Positions 37,422 to 56,241 of a stretch of DNA of 64,000 nt are shown piece by piece (the first letter of the stretch is position 1; each line of letters begins with the position of its first letter). The notes under the pieces are model-generated. The model worked only from the letters and a program-made list of their open reading frames with translations, did not search any database and had not been told where the DNA came from. The translations under genes and the position numbers were made by a program. Origin of the DNA: Salpingoeca rosetta (Eukaryota; Protista; Choanoflagellata); NCBI GenBank assembly GCA_033442325.1, contig JAWQFM010000021.1:273296-337295 (forward strand), written 5' to 3'.

Positions 37422-38524
37422 GCATGCCTTTGCGTGGGAAGGGAAATGATTGTTGGTGCGTGTGTGTGCATGTGTGTGCGTACGTGCGTATGTGTGCGTA
37501 CGTGCGTATGTGTGTGTGTGTGTGTGTGTGTGTGCATGTGTGTGCCTGATGTCGGTGCATCGCTTGCCATCCATCCATGGCGCATCCAAACCACCACATC
37601 CTTGCATGTTTTTGTGTGTCGCGCGCGCCTGTTCTTGTGCCTTTGTTTCTGTTGCTTGGCGATTCCGTTGTGGAATGTTCGTTGAAAACATAAACGAGAA
37701 GCGTGCATTCACCCTCAACGACACCGGACAAAGTCATCAGCCCCGCCCAGCAACACAGGGCTGCGCCTCACAACCACGGCTCGATCGCACTGCATCGATT
37801 GCTGCTGTTGTGCTTTGCTGCTGCTTTGGATGCATGCATGCACGCGAGCGCCAACCGAATTCATCAGAAAGATCACACACACGCACGACAACCCACAACG
37901 ACGACAACGACAAGCGAAACAGAAACAGGTAGGCAGCCAGCCAGCCGCGCTTGCTTGCTCGCTCGCTCACTTCTGTCAGCCAGCCAGCAGTGGGTGAGAG
38001 GAGCAACACCACACTTCACCAGCCAGCAACCGCCATCGCTGACCATCCACAGGAGTGAAGCAATTTGCTCATAATTTGTGCTGTGGCAATCGCCTCTCTC
38101 ACCAGCTCGCATCTGCACACACACACACACACTCTCTCTCTCATTGATGCACACCACGCGCTCACACGCAAGCGTCGTGGTTGGTTGGTTGGGTTTGCGG
38201 TTTCCATTTTCATTTGAAAGCCGAGGACCCCCGAGCTCCTGCATTCCTGATCCATTGTTTTGAGGGAGGACGAGGGCAAGGACGAGCACGACTTGTGGCA
38301 GCAGCGACAACAGCGCATCCACCCATCCACAACACTGCAGCCACAACACACACACACACACGCACACACAGAGGACACCCACAACAGCGCATCCACAACA
38401 CACAACACAACACACAAAACACTCACAACACAGCAGCTGCAGCTGCACTTAACACATCCAACCAACAGCACAGCCGCCAGCCACAACCACCAAGCAGCCA
38501 GAGAGACAGAGACAGAGACAGAGC

Positions 38525-40442
38525 ATGGCCACCTCCAGGACGGCCAAGACCGTCCTGCTGGCTACCATCCTGCTGACCTGTCTGCTGGCTGGCACGCTGC
38601 TGCTGGCGCCACGATCCCACTCGCCATCCTCGCCGCACACGGCCTCCGAAACCGTCGAGCGCGAGCTGCAACCCCCAAGACTATCTATCCAACAGCCAGG
38701 CAGCCATGCCCAGGCACAACACCGCTTGACCAACCCTGCATCGAAGCCCGCGCTCACACGTCCACTGCCAACCACAAAGAGAAAACAACAGCAACAGCAA
38801 CAGCAGCGGCAGCAAGATGTGAAAGCGGATGGCACCACGAAAACAACCACCACAACCACCACAACCCAGCAGCCTGTCGCCGTCAGCGACGTTGTTGCCG
38901 ATGCTCACAACCGCAATGCCTTCACTGCGGCAAAGGTTCACAACAAGCAACAACAACAACAGCAACAGCAAGCACATGGCGATGATGATGACGACACAAA
39001 CGCTGCCAAGCTGCTCGCTGCAATTGAGTCCGAGGAAGCGAAGCGCCGTGCTGAAATTCGTCGTTCACACAGCAACGGCAACGCCGCTGTCAGCGCTGTA
39101 GACCGCAACAGCAGAGGGGGCAACGGTCCCAACAACGGCAATGCTGCCACGGACAACGATGGCGGCGACGGCGACGACGACGACGACGATGAGGTTGAGG
39201 CGCTGCTGTTCGACGACGAGGCGAAGAAGGTCGCCTTCCTCAAGCGGAACAGCGAATCAAACGCATTCCATGACGTGGAGCCCGAGGACGACGATGACCA
39301 CCAGCAGCAGCAGCAGAGTAAGAAGAAGGGACGCGTGAGGGGAGGCAGTGATGGCAACAACTGGAAAGGCAAGCGCCCACAACCCGGCGAGATGACAGAT
39401 GATGTGGACATGGCGCCTGAAGGTGACAATGATGGGGAAGACACCAGCAGCGATAAAGACGACAAGCCGCAGCAGGATGGCAGCAGGCACAACAGCCATG
39501 CTGCTGGTGACGACTACAGCAACGGCCACGGTGGTGATGGCGATGATGATGGCGACGACGCGTATGACGACGACGACTACGATGATGATGACGATGGCGA
39601 TGATGACGATGACCTGAGTGAGAGCCAGATGGGCGTGCGCATGCAGGACGACGAGAGCAGCAGCAGTTCCGAAGGCTCGGCTGACAGCGAGAACTACGAC
39701 CCGCAGGCGGCGCGCAAGCTGGCGCTGGCACGGCTGCGTCGCATTGACAGCGACCCCGCTGTTGTTGCGCTCAAGGCCAAGATGCGTGACATGGCTAGCA
39801 GCGAGCTGAGCAGCAATGCGCTGCAGCTCATCTCCATGCTGCGTGATGCCGATGCCAGCCACACCCTGGTCACCATCATCAGCGGTGGCTCCAACTCGTC
39901 CAAATCGCGCTCGCCGCTGGACGAGGCGCTTCACATCCAGGTGCACAAGCTGCGCGCCATCAACCGCAACACCATTCTGCGGACGTGGGGTCCGGATGTC
40001 CTCTTTGTCACGCACGAGGACGTCGACACAACAAATGTCCTCAAGCTCCCGCCCGCCATCGAGTACTCCGGTGCGTTTGTGTGAATGTGTGTGTGTGCAT
40101 GTGCGTGTGCGTGTGCGTTTGTGTTGGCGTGTGCGTGTGTGTATAAGCGTGCGTTGATTAACAACCGCTTGGCTTGACACATGTTGAATTGAATCACAGG
40201 TCGCAACGGACTACCGCTGAAGGTCCGCGCCATGTGGGACGACATCTACACGGTACATGCAGCGTGCACTGATTGCAAGCTGCGGTGTTGTGTCGACTGT
40301 GCATGGCGTTCCGTTGGTGTGCGTGTGCCGTTGTTGAGCAGCAATGTCACACATCCCTCACATTCACACACACACATACACACACATACACACACACATA
40401 CACACACATACACACACACACATTCACACACACACACGCACG

Positions 40443-40489
<47 letters not shown>

Positions 40490-41095
40490 GCACACACACA
40501 CACACACATTGGTCATCTGTGTTTGCTGTGCAGCACAAGATGCACCCGCAATTTGAGTTCTTCCTGAAAGCAGATGACGACACGTTTGTGCACCGCTCGC
40601 GACTCAGCAAACTCCTCCACACCCTCAACCCACACGTGAGTACTCTTCTCACCAAACCACACCCTCCGCCACGCACACGCACACGCACACGCACACGCAC
40701 ACGCACACGCACACGCACAAGTTGCAGTCTGTGCAGCAGCGTACGATGATGATGTGGCACGGTTATGGTTCATGTTGTGCCGCGGCTTCGTCGCCCTCTT
40801 GTACATCCTCGTTCTCTCCTATTTCTCCGCTCACTGCACCCCCTCATCTTCACGCCTTCAGATCCCCATGATCCTCGGGCGCAAGGCTGGCGGGCCAACG
40901 GGCTTCTGGTGTGTTGCGCACGTGTGCACGTGTGTTGTGTGTGTGTGTGCGTGTGTGCGTGTGTGTGTGTGTGCATATGCGCGTGCATCACGGCGATTAT
41001 TTTGTTTTGTCAGGTTGACTGCGGTCCAGGTGTTTGGCATCACATCACTCCAACAACAGTGTCACCTTCATGCACCTCCATACTGACGTCCCCTA

Positions 41096-41168
<73 letters not shown>

Positions 41169-41823
41169 ATGTGCAGCCACGGCGGGGGCGGGTACGTGCT
41201 GTCGCGCGGTCTTCTCGACCACATTGGGCCGCACCTCAACGACGTGTGCAGCAACATCGACATGTCCCATCCATGGGAGGACATGTTCATGCGCGAATGT
41301 ATTGCTCGGTGAGCCCGCGTGCTGCTGCCCGAGTATGTGTCGTCGAGTGTCGTGTGGCAGTGTGTGCACATGTTGCGTGTTGTTGAACTGAGTGTGTTGT
41401 GTCTTTTTTGTGTGTGAATTTTGTCTTCCTTCCTTCCTGTCCATCTTGATGGGCAATGAACCACCCACACGCTTGCTTGCACACACACATACACACATAC
41501 ACATACACACACATGCACATACACACACACACAATCTTTTGTGTGCTCAACCACACCCTGACATCCTGTGTGCCGCCATGTGCCACTGTTTGCTCTGCAG
41601 CATCATGTCGCTGGGCGGTCGCGGTTGGCAGACGTGCACGTCCCAGGCGTTTATGGGCTTTGACACCCTCTACTACAACACAAAGAACCAAACGCTTAAC
41701 GAGCAGCGCTTCCAGAATGTATGGTTGCCACTGCTTAGGTTGCATGCTCCTTGAAGCACACATGCACACACGCTCAGTTACATGAATGCCCACGCGCCCT
41801 TCACCCCACCTGCTCACACACTT

Positions 41824-41875
<52 letters not shown>

Positions 41876-43020
41876 CTTTGGTGGACGCAGGCGCTGAAGA
41901 CGGACAAGCCGTGGCTGCAGGGCCTGACGACCTTCCACAGCGTGCACGCACCACTGACCCGCACCCTCAATCGCGCCTTCACCGAACTCGATTCTGATGA
42001 GCAGCTCGTCAACGCCGCCGACTACAACATGATCCTCCAGGTGTGCGTGTGTGTGTTATTGTTGGTGGTGGTGGTGGTGTACTGCGTTTTGTGGAGTGTG
42101 TGTTGGATCTGTCTGTGCCTCTTGCTTTCTCTCTCTCTCTCTCTGCGCCTCCGTATACCTGACTGTTTCTTGACTGCTCACAGAATGGCCTGCACACTCG
42201 TCACCACTGTAACCTCTTCCACTTCCACACCCCGCCCACCCCCCCCCAAAAAAAAAAAAAAAACACGACATTTCACCAGATGTACCGACGTGTGCGGTCG
42301 GCTGCGTGGCGATGCGACATGCCCTCCAGCGTCGCAACAGAATCCCGCGCCGCGCTCTGCTCTGCCCCCGCGCTCAGGGTGCGGCTGGAACGCTTTCTCT
42401 TCGACGCGGACGTGTGTCTGTCATTGCAGGACTGGAAGGTGGCTGTCTCCTCCACCCCGCGCCTTCCAATCACAGCCAGCGGCGATGATGTGAACGCAGA
42501 TGGCGGTGCCGCTGGTCACGAATACATGCAAGCAGCCGGCCCTGACGGTCATGACAGCGACAGGAATGGTGATGCTGATGCTGAGGGCGATGACTCTCGC
42601 TTGCGCAACGCCGTGTTCACATATGTTGCGTTTGGTCGCAAGGCAACCTCAAAACGCTTCCTCACCGTTCTCATCAAGGTTGGTCGGCAAAAGAAGGAGA
42701 AAGACGACAATGATAGTTGCTCTCGCTGCGCTCGCTGCTTGTACTGTTGTTTGCTGTTTTGCGTTTGCTGCTGTGCTTTCGATCTGTTTTGGGATTGCTC
42801 CTTAGTTTCTGTCGATGTTGCAAGCATCTCAGCCACCCGTGTGCGCATGCTCACACTGCTCGCCCGCTCCCCGCCATCAGAGTCTGCGCGATACCGGCAG
42901 CGATGCGGATGTGATTGTCGCCGTCGCCTCGAGTGACTTTGACCCGGCCCTCGAAAGCACCGCGCAGGAGTTTAAGGTGTGTTTTTACGCTCTTGCCCGT
43001 GTGTGTTGTGTGTGTGTCTG

Positions 43021-43060
<40 letters not shown>

Positions 43061-44263
43061 CCCCCACCCACCCCCCGTTTGTCACATGACGACCTACAAA
43101 CATTCACACACACACACACACACACGCATCTTGTGTTACCAGAACGTGGCTGTGGTGTCATATGATCGCAAGAAGGTGCGCAAGACCCACCGCACGCTTG
43201 CGGATGTTCCAGCCAGCTACTCGTCCTGCGTGTGGGCAACGGTGCTCCACCACGTGGAACACAAGTACAACCGCGTGCTCACGGTACGCACGCGCGCCTG
43301 TGTGTTGATGAACGATGCTTGGTGGGGTTTCATTTGTTGATGTGGATTGCTGCTGTTTCTGCCTTGTTGTGCTTGGCGCTTGTGCACGTGCATCGGCCAT
43401 ACCCCTCCCCCCCCCCCCCGAGAGCTGGTCTCACGCTTCCTCCCGGCCCACCACTGATTAACACCAACCAACCAACCAACTCATCCCCCAACCCGACGCA
43501 CTGCCACGCCTGCGATTACGATGACAACAGACGACGATGGACACGTACTTCCAGCGAGATCCGTTTACAGACATTGCTGACCGGGGCGGCGTTGCGCACT
43601 TCCTCACCAGCCCCACCATGACCTACCTCTCGCAGGACTATGGTGGGTGGATTGCCGACGCCAACACGCAGGCGCCACACGACTACCTGCGTCCGGAGCA
43701 GTGCAGCGAGCCAGACAACTGCCTGGAGCATCGCATCCAGGTCAACCTGGTGGTGATGCTTGGGCAGGCCACCGCCGTCCGCAAAGCACTCACCGCCGTC
43801 AACCACCTCGTTGTCAAGGAGCGGTATGTTCGCTGATTGCGCTTTTTTTTTTTGTGTGTGTGTGCGTGTGTTGTGTGGGCGTGGGATGATGGCGTTAGAG
43901 CTCTGTGTGTGTATGTCTGTCTGTGCGCATGTGTGCGTGTGCGTGACCTTGTCGTTGTTCGCCCTCTCACATTGTTGTGTTTCGGTTTCGTTGCTTCTTC
44001 TTCTCGTCGCTGGGGTGTCCTGTTCTTCTACTTGTTTCTTGCCTCCACCCCTTCCCCCCCCACAGCAACACATACAAGCAGGCGTTTACCGACCACGTGC
44101 GCCTGCGGTATGCAGCACGCATGTTCCTCAACGCCACGCTGTACAACGCGTACGACGGGCCTGCCATCTGCCTCGCCTCTTACCGCTGTCTCTTTGAGCA
44201 CAACATTGAGAACTTTCTTCGCCGCGACCTCAGCGCTCGCGTTCGCTTCGGACCAAGCGGAAG

Positions 44264-44298
<35 letters not shown>

Positions 44299-44699
44299 TG
44301 TGTGTGTGCGTGCGTGTGTCTGTGTGTCTGTGTGTGTGTACGCGCGACCACTTGCATGTGAGGGTGCCAAGTTTATGCAAGCGCTCATGCAAGGGCTCGT
44401 GTCAGCGTTCGCGGCGATCGAGCCCCCCCCCATCACATGACCTCACAATGCCCCGCTCCCTCCCCTCTTCGTCCCTCTCCTCCTTCTCCCCTCTCTTGTG
44501 CAGGTTGATTGTCAACCCGGACGAGCGACCGGTGGTGGTCAACGCACGAGGCGATGTTGCAGCAATTGTGTCTGGGTATGCCGCCGCACAGCAGCACGGC
44601 CACCGCAAGTTTGTCGCTGAAGCGAAGCGGCGCGGAGCAACGCAGCGCAAGCGCGAGCAGCGGCGCCGAGACAAGAACGCACCGCACCTCATTGGCTGA
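38525..44699 (+). CDS. Type II membrane glycosyltransferase: GT31 (Fringe/core-1 galactosyltransferase-like) domain plus a probable second GT-A-like domain
   Basis: N-terminal TM ([19 protein letters not shown]) and a long acidic/Gln-rich stem. First domain: [50 protein letters not shown]. Second region: LRNAVFTY...VLIK|[13 protein letters not shown]...YNRVLT...[10 protein letters not shown]...VNLVVMLG. Confidence 0.8.
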
Positions 44700-44893
44700 T
44701 GCGTTCGTCAATGTCAGTGTCGCTCGTTGCATATTGTCATACATATCATACACTGTGTAGGAGTTGTTACATTAGGACAGACTTTCGACCTTTCCCTCTC
44801 AATCTCTTCTACCTTATTTCCTCCTTCCTCCCTCTCTTCATTACTTTTTTTCCATAGATTGATTGTATAGCTCTCATCTTGCACAGTACACAA

Positions 44894-44945
44894 GCAGAAG
44901 AAGAAGAAGAAGAAGAAGAAGAAGAAGAAGAAGAAGAAGCAGAAG

Positions 44946-45019
<74 letters not shown>

Positions 45020-45045
45020 GAGGAGCAAGAAGAACAAGAAGGAGA
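44894..45045. repeat. Compound (GAA)n(CAA)n microsatellite between convergent genes
   Basis: Read directly from the sequence. Confidence 0.9.
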
Positions 45046-45139
45046 AGTGTAGTATTGAAGTGAAACCACGACCTCGAGGTAAACACGAACCAGGACACAC
45101 ACTGCTGGGGCATTGGCAGGGAGGGGGCGAGACAGAAAA

Positions 45140-46054
45140 TCAGTAAACGGGACCGAGGTGAGCGAGCGACATGTGTTCCTGCATCTCCGCGACTGTTTTC
45201 GCACCTTTCCAGCACAGTGGGCAGCGCCACGGGAAGCTGCTGGCGTCCCCATACGCCGGCATTGATGTGTATTCCTCGATCTTGTGGGTGAGGCACATCG
45301 TCGCAATCATCTCGATGGCTTCGACGTGTTCCCCGGGGGGGACGACGTCGATGACAAAGATGATGCCGTAAATCGTCTCGTCGTGCGGGGTTTCGCCAGC
45401 TGGGAGGAGGTCACTGTGCACACCGCGATAGTAGTGCTTGCATATCGTGAATGGCGAAGCGTGGCCGACGCGGAACAGCCTGTGCGACAGGGGCTGTCCG
45501 GCCCTGCAGGCATATGTGACGTAGATCACTGCAAGCAATTGAGGGGGGGAGGAGGGTTGTAAGCGTGAGATTGATGTGCGATGGAGGGAGATGTTAAACA
45601 ACAGAGTGAACAGCAGCACATCGCATGATCACGCGCCAAGTCGGTACTGGCAGTTTCACAAACACAATGACATCCAGTCAATACCTTGTGGGTTGAGAGC
45701 GAGAGAGAAGCGCATGTCCACGTGCAACATAATCCCGTCTTCAGTTTCGGCGCGGTGGAGGAGCTGGTTGAAGATGCCGTATCGCTCTGGACTGTCTGGT
45801 GGCAGCCTGCTCACGCCCCTCTCGATAAAGGCACGCAGAGCCACGAGCCCCTCGTCGGTCATCTCGGCGAGTGCGTCCTTGATTGAGGACAGGTTCAGAA
45901 TCCGCTCGACGTCTTGTCGGCCCGAGGTGAAGTCCGCGTGCTCGGTCACGACGCGCTCGACCTCGGCGATGATCGAGTCCCGTTCAGCTGCATCCAAGGG
46001 CGGTGGAGCTTCAGTCAAGGGTGCATCCCATGGCGTTCTTGGCGTTGTCGACAT
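45140..46054 (-). CDS. Hypothetical protein (~252 aa, 2 exons) with a single C-terminal C2H2 zinc finger
   Basis: Exons 46054-45685 and 45528-45140 joined by a phase-1 GT-AG intron. Non-repetitive, protein-like composition. Ends WRCPLCWKGAKTVAEMQEHMSLAH. Confidence 0.65.
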
Positions 46055-46145
46055 ATCGGTGGTGTACAGTGAGGCGTGTGTGTGTGTGTGTGTGTGTGCA
46101 GCGAGGCGTGTGTGTGGGTGGGTGTGGGTGCAGTGAGGCGTGTGT

Positions 46146-46248
<103 letters not shown>

Positions 46249-47429
46249 GGTGCAGCGAGGCATGTAAAATGAGGCGTGTTTGTGTGTGCAGTGAGGCATG
46301 GTGATGTGCCTCGAGGCAATAGACGGGGCAAGCGTCTCGAGGTGGCAAGCAGCAAACGGCTGTCACAAACCTCGGCAAATAGGGGCTTAAAGATGAACGC
46401 ATAGGCGCTCACTCCCAGAGCGTATTTCCCGCGCAAACCTCATTGGCCGAACAATGAATGGATGAACAACGACAGCGGGCGGGACTGCGATTTGAACACG
46501 AACGCAAGCGACTTCGGTCCCGCGCGTGGGAGCGACATGCTGAACGTGGTCACGGGCATCTCACGCGCGCCATCCATTGCCTGCACAAGGCACAGCAGGA
46601 TACACAAAAACTGAAGACACTGCCAACATCGAGCCTTGGCAGCGATGCAAGCAAAGGCCGGGGCGCGATGCAAAGAGGGACGTGCAAAAGCCAGCGGCGA
46701 AGAAATCAATTGTGATGATGGCGGCGAGAGGGGGGGGGGGTAAGTGATGATGACGCCTGGGGGGAGAGCGCTGATGATCACTACGACGATCAACCGCCAG
46801 TTCAACTGCCGCAACGCACGTTCTCACAGCGGCAGTCAGGCAGCCACAGAAGCAACAGCAGCCGGTACCGCCTCAGCGCCTCGCTCAGCAAACCACGCCA
46901 AACAAGCGTAAGCCCCACAAATGCGGGTGGTGTGGGCAGATGCTCAAAGGCCGCACGCCCCGTGCAAGGGCGGCTTCGAGTGTACGCGATGCGCAAGGCA
47001 GTGCACGGCGCCGAACCAGGCACATGGCGTCATTGCCATCACCCCCATCACCTTCCCCTCAAGCGATGAAGAGGACGAGAACGCAACGATTGCTTGACAT
47101 GCAATTGCGTTCGGGGCGAGCAGCTTTTGTTGCTTCTGCTGTTCTGCGCCGTATGCAAGAAATTCACACAGTGAAGAGAGCAACATCAACAACAACACGA
47201 CGTTGCTTTGTCTGTCTGTCTGGCGGTGTTGTGGTGATGGCGGCTGCTGGAAGTTCATTTATCATCTCTCTGCCATCGATCAACAGACCAAGCAAGCAAC
47301 CAAAAGCAACCTACCTTGTGTGACTGGCTAAGCAGCAACGAAGCGTAGACAACCCCGCGCCCCCTTCACTTGCTCCTACAACTACTACGACTACTGCTCC
47401 TACATACTACGACGACAACCACCACCACC

Positions 47430-48921
47430 ATGTCCAACCTTCCCGACGACCAGATTCTCAAGCCAACGAAGACGCTCAAGCTTGAGGATGGCTTGACCCT
47501 GTACACGTTCTACCTCGAGTGCTTGGCCCACGGCTCGTACATGGTGTGCCACGAAGGCAACTGCTTCATCGTGGACCCGCGCCGCGACATCGGCATCTAC
47601 TCCAAGTACCTGCAGGACCACAACCTCAAGCTCAAGGGCGTCCTGGAGTCGCACCTGCACGCCGACTTTGTCTCCGGCCACATGGAGCTGCACAAGCGCT
47701 ACGGCGCAACCATCTTCATCGGCGAGGACGCCGGCGCCCAGTTCCCGCACTACCCCTGCGGGGACGGCGAGATGTTGCTGCTCTCCAGCAAGTACGCCAT
47801 CCGCGCCATGCCCACCCCCGGCCACACCCCGGGCTGCGTCACCTGGGTTGTTGTTGAGCGTGCCACAGACAAGGCCGTCATGGCCTTCACCGGCGACACC
47901 CTCTTCGTTGGCGGCTGCGGGCGCCCGGACCTCGTCGGCGCCCTCAACCCGGACCTCACCCCAGAGGTGCTCTCCAAGATGATGTTCAAGTCCCTGCGCG
48001 AGAAGATCCTCTCCCTGCCGGACGAGTGCCTCGTCTTCCCCGCCCACGGACCCGGCTCGCCCTGCGGCAAGGGCATCAGCGCAGATCTCTCCTCCACCAT
48101 CGGCAAGGAAAAGGAGACCAACCCTGCCCTGCAGATTGACGACGAGCAGAAGTTCATCGAGTTCAACACCGCTGGCCTCGACACCGCGCCGCAGTACTTC
48201 CCCAGCGCCGTCATGGCCAACCTCAAGGGCGCTGACGACCTTGACAGGGAGGTGGAGAATGTGACATCACTGTCCATCTCCGAGTTCAAGGCCGCCATGG
48301 GTGACGACGTCGTCATCCTCGACACGCGCAACGCCGGGCCTTTTGCCGCCGGCCACATCAAGGGTGCTCTCAACATCCCGCTCGGCCTCGGCGGCGGCGT
48401 GCACCTGGAGTATGAGGACGGCAACTTTGCCATCTGGGTGGGCACGCTCATCGCGCCCAAGGCAAAGGTGCTCATCATTGCCGAGGAAGGCAAGGGCAAG
48501 GAGGCCATTGAGCGACTGGGCCGCATCGGCTATGCCCAGCAGATCATCGGCAACCTCAAGTCTGGCATGGAGACCTGGATTGAGGCCGGCGAGCCCGTGG
48601 ACAAGTTTGACAAGATCACAGTGGTAAGCAGAGATAGACGGCGTGTGCGTGTGTGTATGTGTGTGCGTGTGCATGTGTGTACATGCATGTGAGAGGGTGT
48701 GTGCATGTGCGTGCATGTGTGCATGCGTGTGCATGTGCGTGCATGCATGCAAACATATGCTTGCGAACATGTCGTTGTGTGCATGAACTTGATTTCTTGT
48801 TGGTTGCCTATGTTGGCTGGCTTGTACATCTTCTTCTCTGCTTTCATTTGTTTCCCCTGACACTAACACCATCATCCCCTCCCCTCTTCCCTGCCCTCCT
48901 CCTCCATCACAACCACGTTAC

Positions 48922-48952
<31 letters not shown>

Positions 48953-49526
48953 GTCATCATCATCGTCATCATCATCAGGAGAGCGCCGACACCATCCGCC
49001 AGCTCCAGGCCAAGGGCTATGTCATTGTGGACACGCGCACATCTGGCGAGTACTCGTGCGTCGTTCGCGGCCACGTCAAGGGATCCATCAACCTGCCCCT
49101 CGCAGAGGTGTGTTTGTGCGTATGTGTGTGTGTATGTATGTGTGTGTCTGGTGCATGCACGCATGTATATGTGTGTGTGTACTTGCACGTTTGCCCCTCT
49201 CTTCTTTGCTTCGCATTGCTCTCGTGCACGCTCATCCTCACACGATTCCCCCTCCACCAAACCATCAATCCCCACAGCTCCCCCAGTCGTGCTCTGCACT
49301 GGACCGCGACAAGAAGTATGTCGTGTACTGCCTTGGCGGATTCCGCAGCGCCATTGCCGTGTCGCTGCTGCGCCAAAAGGGCTTTGATGCCGTCGACTTT
49401 GTTGGCGGTTACGACCGCGGCATCCTGGCAAAGGGGTGCGAGATGACCACTGCACAGCCCGACGTGTGCGACAAGGCCAAGGCTGCAGCTGAGGAGGCAA
49501 GCAAGCCCACCACCGTCTCCATCTAA
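47430..49526 (+). CDS. MBL-fold persulfide dioxygenase fused to a pseudo-rhodanese and a rhodanese domain (CstB-like), 3 exons
   Basis: ESHLHADFVSGH, TPGHTP, FTGDTLF and PAHGPGSPCGK. First rhodanese-like domain LDTR...GHIKGALNIP lacks the active Cys. Second domain VDTR...GHVKGSINLP...VYCLGGFRS retains it. Exon 1 is 47430-48623. Confidence 0.9.
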
Positions 49527-50338
49527 CACCGCCACTGCTCCCTGATGATGATGATTGTGGGACGATATGATGTGCGACTGCCGTTGCCGTTGTTGTTGTT
49601 GTTGTTGTTATCGTTGTGGTGGTGAAGGTGGTGGTGTGCTTCTTTGAAAACCCTGGCTAGTTGCTGATGTACAGATTTGACCAATGGGTGTGTGTGTGTG
49701 TGTGTGTGTTTGCGTTTCATTGCTTTGCCCTTCCTCTATATTTTCTGGCTGATACTGATTCTTATCTTACATGATGCGACACGTCTCACCTCCGGGGACT
49801 GTGTGTGTGAGCGTGTGTTCTGGTTCTTTGTGTTCTTTCCTCATGCGTCATGTTCAACTTCGCGTATTTCGCATCAATCAATCAACCAATCAAAGTAAAG
49901 AGCCCAAAGGAAAGAAGGTCAGTAAACGAGGAGCATGCATGCAGTTGGGGATGGTGGCGCTGTCACGAAAGAAGACGAGCAACGGACACATGAGAACAGT
50001 GAACGCAAATGAAGACGCGCGTACATGTGGGAGAACAGGGGCTTAGGCACAGAAATGCGCGTGTGAGTGTGTGTTGGCAGCGTGAAGCACACGAAGCGGC
50101 AAGCAACTCAAACGGCGTGCGTGGAGCAAACGCCGTTGCACGCAACGAAGAATACATAATGAAGCAGTGTGAAGCGCACAAAGGAGATGGTAGTAGGTTG
50201 GTCGCGTGCAAGGCAAATACAGACGATTAACTGAAAACACAAACAAGGCTTGTCGTGCAACAACCAGCGCAAGGAAACACGAAACAAGTGGGATGGACGC
50301 TATGCAGAGCAAAACACCGCAGCATGAAACCTGCGCTG

Positions 50339-55185
<4,847 letters not shown>

Positions 55186-56152
55186 GACGCTTTTGCTGTG
55201 CGTGGTGCTTGATGTTGGTGGGTGAGATGGATGTGTGCGCGTCGTCTTCTGCGTTTTGCTTCTACCCATCGAAAATTGGTATAAATCATACACAAAAAGT
55301 CAAGGCAGTGATTGTGCTTGTTGTTGTTGTTGTTGTTGGTGTTGTTGTTGGCGTTGTTGTTGTTGTTGTGTGTGCATGTGTGTGTGTGTGTGTGTATGTG
55401 TGCATGACTCCTTTCCTTCACGATGGAACTCCTTTGCTTTCCTTTCTTCCCTTTCCACTCAGCCCGCTTTCTGTTACTCCCCATTGCAGCAGTCACCGTG
55501 GTGTCTGCAGTTATGTATTTAATGTATGTAAAAGTAGAGAGGCACAAGGGGGCAAAAGGTGGCGCATGGCGCCAGGCATGGGAGCAAAATAAACAGGCAT
55601 AACATATCGTCAACTGGCACGTCCTCAAGTAGACGCACAACCAAGAACAAGAACAACAAGAACAACACGTGTTTCAAGACGTGGCAAGGCAGGGGGGGGG
55701 GGGATGAGAGAGGTCCCCCCCCCCAAAGTAAGCAACAACAAGCAACAAATGTGAGGAGCAAAAGAACGTACCCATCAATGTCACACACTGTAACCTGCGG
55801 TGCAGTGCTGTCGCCACAGCGCCAATGAGCAGCACATGGGGCCTTTAAAGAAGTAAGAAGGGGGGGGGGGGAGGAGGCAATACAAATAATAGGGGAAAAA
55901 GGAACAACAGGGCAAAGTAGGTGTACACGTGTAGTTAGGACGCAGTGTGCCTCCTTCTCATAGTATGCAGAACTTATCGAACATAAAAAAAAACGCAGAA
56001 CGGTATCGTAGTAAGCAAACAAGCTTTTGCTGGCATCCAAGCCACAGCAACAAGTGAGCGAGAAATCCAATTATGTGGGTAGGAGCGAATACAGTATCTG
56101 GGCGTCGCCTCTCGCTCGCTCCGCTAACAAGAGGAAACCAACCTCAAAGAAC

Positions 56153-56225
<73 letters not shown>

Positions 56226-56241
56226 CCCGCCCTTTGTGTGT

